A stretch of DNA of 29,177 bases from a virus (lineage: Duplodnaviria > Caudoviricetes): IMG/VR virus record IMGVR_UViG_3300030708_001743, positions 1-29,177 of that record; one strand, given 5' to 3'. The notes under the pieces are model-generated. The model did no database searches, was not told the DNA's origin, and saw only the letters and a list, made by a program, of their open reading frames with translations. Positions 26,619 through 29,177 of this stretch are shown in pieces. The stretch's first letter is position 1; each line of letters starts with the position of its first letter. Both the position numbers and the translations under genes were made by a program.

Positions 26619-27152
26619 ATGAAAAATATGGCAGATTATACAATGGACGAAGAAAAATGGAATGCCCGAGTTGCCCTAATCGAGAATGATTTATCAATTA
26701 ACGATAGAGGTAGCATGGAAGCAGTTCTAAGATGGAATTTAGAAACAGGAACTACTGATGTAGAAAACCGTAAAAGATATTGGACTAACGTTTCCAATCT
26801 TTACGCTACTGTTGACAACTCACCAATTAAATTTGGTAAGCAATCAACACTCCCCCAAGTAGTTCAGGATTCACTTGCAACATTAAAGGCAATTTATGCC
26901 GAAGGTCACTCTGCGCTTTTTGCGACTCACCCGCTCTTTGGTGAAGTCGAATCAAAAAGAGGTGCTTACTCAACACCATACGGTGACAGTGAATCTTACG
27001 TGAGTGCAATGGTAAGTTTATTCGTTGATAGGATGACTGAATATTACAAAAACCACAGAGATAACGTTGCAGGTAAAAAGCAATGGGATGGAACTTTAAA
27101 TAAAAACGGATTACCGACAATCGTAATCCCAACTAAGGAGGTCGAAGGTTAA
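26619..27152 (+). CDS. Hypothetical protein (cassette 3)
   Basis: 177 aa (start may be 26628); AGGAG RBS; followed by a CCCC-TTATGT-GGGG hairpin. Confidence 0.8.
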   Translation: MKNMADYTMDEEKWNARVALIENDLSINDRGSMEAVLRWNLETGTTDVENRKRYWTNVSNLYATVDNSPIKFGKQSTLPQVVQDSLATLKAIYAEGHSALFATHPLFGEVESKRGAYSTPYGDSESYVSAMVSLFVDRMTEYYKNHRDNVAGKKQWDGTLNKNGLPTIVIPTKEVEG

Positions 27153-27257
27153 ACCTAACGGTTTGGCCTCCACCCCCTTATGTGGGGTTCTGACAAAGTG
27201 CAACCATATGGTAATGATACTTTGGAGTAATTACCCTATAAAATAATAGTAGAGAGA

Positions 27258-27277
27258 TATAGGGGCTCCCCCCTATA
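27258..27277 (-). terminator. 3' hairpin of cassette 4
   Basis: TATAGGGG-CTCC-CCCCTATA. Confidence 0.5.
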
Positions 27278-27293
27278 CCTCCCCACGTTTAAG

Positions 27294-27533
27294 TTATATC
27301 AACTCGAGTTCTTCACATGTTGTTCTCCAAGATTGCTCACTTATATTATGTGCATCTAAAAACCATGTTACCTCCATAGTTACTTCATTAATAGGCACAG
27401 TAAATTCAAACCAAGTTGTTCTATTTGTAAAATCTCCCGAAGCCATTTTATATTCACCCATAGGATATAATTTCTTTAGGCCAATGAATTCTTCTACAGT
27501 TGTGTTATATTGTGACATTTCAAATTTCCCCAT
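27294..27533 (-). CDS. Hypothetical protein (cassette 4)
   Basis: Likely start at 27533 (MGKFEM), TAATG overlap with the upstream ORF. Confidence 0.7.
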   Translation of the reverse strand: MGKFEMSQYNTTVEEFIGLKKLYPMGEYKMASGDFTNRTTWFEFTVPINEVTMEVTWFLDAHNISEQSWRTTCEELELI

Positions 27534-27637
27534 TATAACCACCCCCACCAAAAGTCAATCCAATTTGTATTTTTGGCTTCTCTTATTTCTCTTAATAGTT
27601 CTTCGTCTTCTCTTTCTTGTCTTTCTTCTTTATTCAT
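27533..27637 (-). CDS. 34-aa microprotein with Trp-rich tail (cassette 4)
   Basis: MNKEERQEREDEELLREIREAKNTNWIDFWWGWL; GGAGG RBS. Confidence 0.55.
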   Translation of the reverse strand: MNKEERQEREDEELLREIREAKNTNWIDFWWGWL

Positions 27638-27841
27638 TTATTCCAACCTCCTTACGATATCACTCACATATACTGAGCCCATTTCATCATAAAAGCCAAT
27701 GTCAGAACCGAAGACATGCATTAAAACTACACGTTTAAATCCTCGTCCTTGTTTTGGACTTTCTAATAGTTGCGCTCTTAAGTCATAACCAAAGTTATTG
27801 ATTATATACCATTCTCCCTTTACTAAATCACTTGCGTTCAT
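27638..27841 (-). CDS. Hypothetical protein (cassette 4)
   Basis: 67 aa; ATG 27 nt from the TTA of the ACCTTA box at 27866-27871. Confidence 0.75.
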   Translation of the reverse strand: MNASDLVKGEWYIINNFGYDLRAQLLESPKQGRGFKRVVLMHVFGSDIGFYDEMGSVYVSDIVRRLE

Positions 27842-27936
27842 ACCATTTGTAAACTAAGTTATACATAAGGTAGTTCACAAAGTTACCTACCATATGGTCT
27901 TAACTTTGTAAAAATGGCCCCGAAGGGCGCTAACGA

Positions 27937-28419
27937 TTAGGAATAATCGTATTTTGCCTCTTGTCTGCAAAATATCATCCATCCCGAATCCATCTTTTTA
28001 ACCCAAAACCCTGCATCTTTGATGGTTTGTTTTTCTGCCTTCCAAAAATCCCAAAAAGCAGAAGTAGCATGAGCCCACATAACTTTACCAGATTTAGCAG
28101 TTTTGAATTCTGCCCCAAATGCATTCCATTTGTTATATTTCATTCTAGGAGTTTCATGATATTGAATTGAAACCGCATCCCAAAAGTTACTTTCAACTAA
28201 CTGGTTAAATGTATCTGTAGCCTTTTCAAGAGCATCAGTTAAGGAATGTGCTAAGTTCTGTCGGAAGTCGCAGAAACCATTAGTGCCAAATTCTTTTTTA
28301 ATTACCCCTTCATGATACAATGTATAAAACTGCTCCTTTTTACCAGTTCTACAAACATGTAAAACACTAATATTGTTTATTTGTTCTTTATCTCTAATAT
28401 AACTAGGTAGGTCGTCCAT
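27937..28419 (-). CDS. Hypothetical protein (cassette 5)
   Basis: Start re-assigned to 28419 (MDDLPSY), 27 nt from the ACCTTA box at 28444-28449. Followed by a CCC-TTCG-GGG hairpin near 27916-27930. Confidence 0.8.
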   Translation of the reverse strand: MDDLPSYIRDKEQINNISVLHVCRTGKKEQFYTLYHEGVIKKEFGTNGFCDFRQNLAHSLTDALEKATDTFNQLVESNFWDAVSIQYHETPRMKYNKWNAFGAEFKTAKSGKVMWAHATSAFWDFWKAEKQTIKDAGFWVKKMDSGWMIFCRQEAKYDYS

Positions 28420-28511
28420 GCTAATATTAGTAACTAGTGCATATAAGGTATATAAGTTACAAAGTATCATACCATATGGTCATAACTTTGAGATTATTGA
28501 CCCGAAGGCCG

Positions 28512-28742
28512 TTAATTTAATTGGTCAAAATACCACCTTCCATTAACCATTAATTCATGTAATGGTATTCCTGTAACGATTGATAATTGGCAACAAGGGG
28601 TGCAGTATTTTGGTCCGTAAAAACCTTCAGGGTGTCTACTATCCATCGTAAGGTTATTACATACATCACATACTGTAAATTCATCTAATGCGTCTTCTTT
28701 TCCTCTTTTATATCCATTCCAAAACATCTTTGCTTCTGTCAT
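28512..28742 (-). CDS. Zn-finger-like protein (cassette 6)
   Basis: Start re-assigned to 28742 (MTEAKM), 27 nt from the ACCTTA box at 28767-28772; CDVC...CTPC. Confidence 0.75.
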   Translation of the reverse strand: MTEAKMFWNGYKRGKEDALDEFTVCDVCNNLTMDSRHPEGFYGPKYCTPCCQLSIVTGIPLHELMVNGRWYFDQLN

Positions 28743-28832
28743 GATTATAGTAATTATGAGTAAGTATAAGGTGTAGCATCCAAAGTTACACACCATATGG
28801 TCATAACTTTGTTGTTAGTGACCCGAAGGCCT

Positions 28833-28961
28833 TTATTCTTCTTTCTCTTTTTCTTTTTCTGCATCTATTCTTGCCCAATATGCTTTCCACAAGGGACTTT
28901 CAAACCCATTATTATCAAACCTTCTGCGTCCTTTCTTAGCCATATATTGTTTCTTCTTCAT
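28833..28961 (-). CDS. 42-aa basic microprotein (cassette 7)
   Basis: MKKKQYMAKKGRRRFDNNGFESPLWKAYWARID...; GAGGTG RBS, ATGA overlap. Confidence 0.6.
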   Translation of the reverse strand: MKKKQYMAKKGRRRFDNNGFESPLWKAYWARIDAEKEKEKEE

Positions 28962-29083
28962 TCTACCACCTCACATCGAGGACATCTGCATCCGTTTCTC
29001 ATTCCCATTAATTCAAACATTCTTCTTTCACATCCATCAAATTCATCCAATGCTATCTCTGCTAATACTACTCCTACGTGCAT
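28958..29083 (-). CDS. 41-aa Cys-containing microprotein (cassette 7)
   Basis: MHVGVVLAEIALDEFDGC...GCRCPRCEVVE; ATG 27 nt from the ACCTTA box at 29108-29113. Confidence 0.6.
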   Translation of the reverse strand: MHVGVVLAEIALDEFDGCERRMFELMGMRNGCRCPRCEVVE

Positions 29084-29177
29084 ATTAGTATAATTAGTCA
29101 ATTGCTATAAGGTGTTTCATACAAAGTATAACACCATATGGTATGATACTTTGTGGAATACCTCATAGAGAACTAAT

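Larger units (their letters stand above)
25206..29153. repeat. Array of eight palindromic junction sites, CAAAGT-n(3-5)-ACCATATGGT-n(4-7)-ACTTTG
   Basis: ACCATATGGT cores start at 25206, 25699, 26522, 27203, 27889, 28471, 28792 and 29133, all intergenic. The left arm is degenerate in sites 1 and 2. I saw no perfect copy in the first 25 kb. Confidence 0.95.

Noticed and set aside
26827-29093. Track ORFs 26827-27132(-), 27484-27738(+), 27961-28170(+), 28797-29093(+)
   Set aside because: Antisense to genes that have promoter/RBS support; one starts inside a junction core.
25206-29153. CRISPR array interpretation of the repeated palindromes
   Set aside because: Intervals are 300-800 bp and contain genes, the repeats vary in internal spacing, and there are no cas genes.

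Overview
AT-rich fragment of a tailed archaeal virus genome. The gene set best matches viruses of Marine Group II Euryarchaeota/Poseidoniales ('magroviruses'); this is inferred from gene content and GGTGA/GGAGG RBSs. Bases 1-24,060 form one tightly packed minus-strand gene block. It holds a replication module (split PolB with an HNH endonuclease at the split, PCNA, P-loop ATPase, RPA-like protein, two RFC subunits, ATP-dependent ligase), GroEL/GroES, a TFB, and a putative virus-encoded ubiquitin-like system (Ubl ending GG-N, ThiF/E1, JAB protease, E2 candidate). Bases 24,070-25,200 are non-coding: a highly structured leader, then an iteron/AT-rich origin candidate at the strand switch. Bases 25,200-29,177 are the most unusual part. 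Eight palindromic junctions (CAAAGT-n-ACCATATGGT-n-ACTTTG) delimit seven self-contained gene cassettes (promoter, small ORFs or RNA, hairpin) in both orientations. The two ends of the same cassette co-vary as inverted repeats, suggesting an integron-like cassette-shuffling system whose recombinase is not in the window. A recurring stem/13-nt-bulge/stem RNA motif is also present in four intergenic regions.
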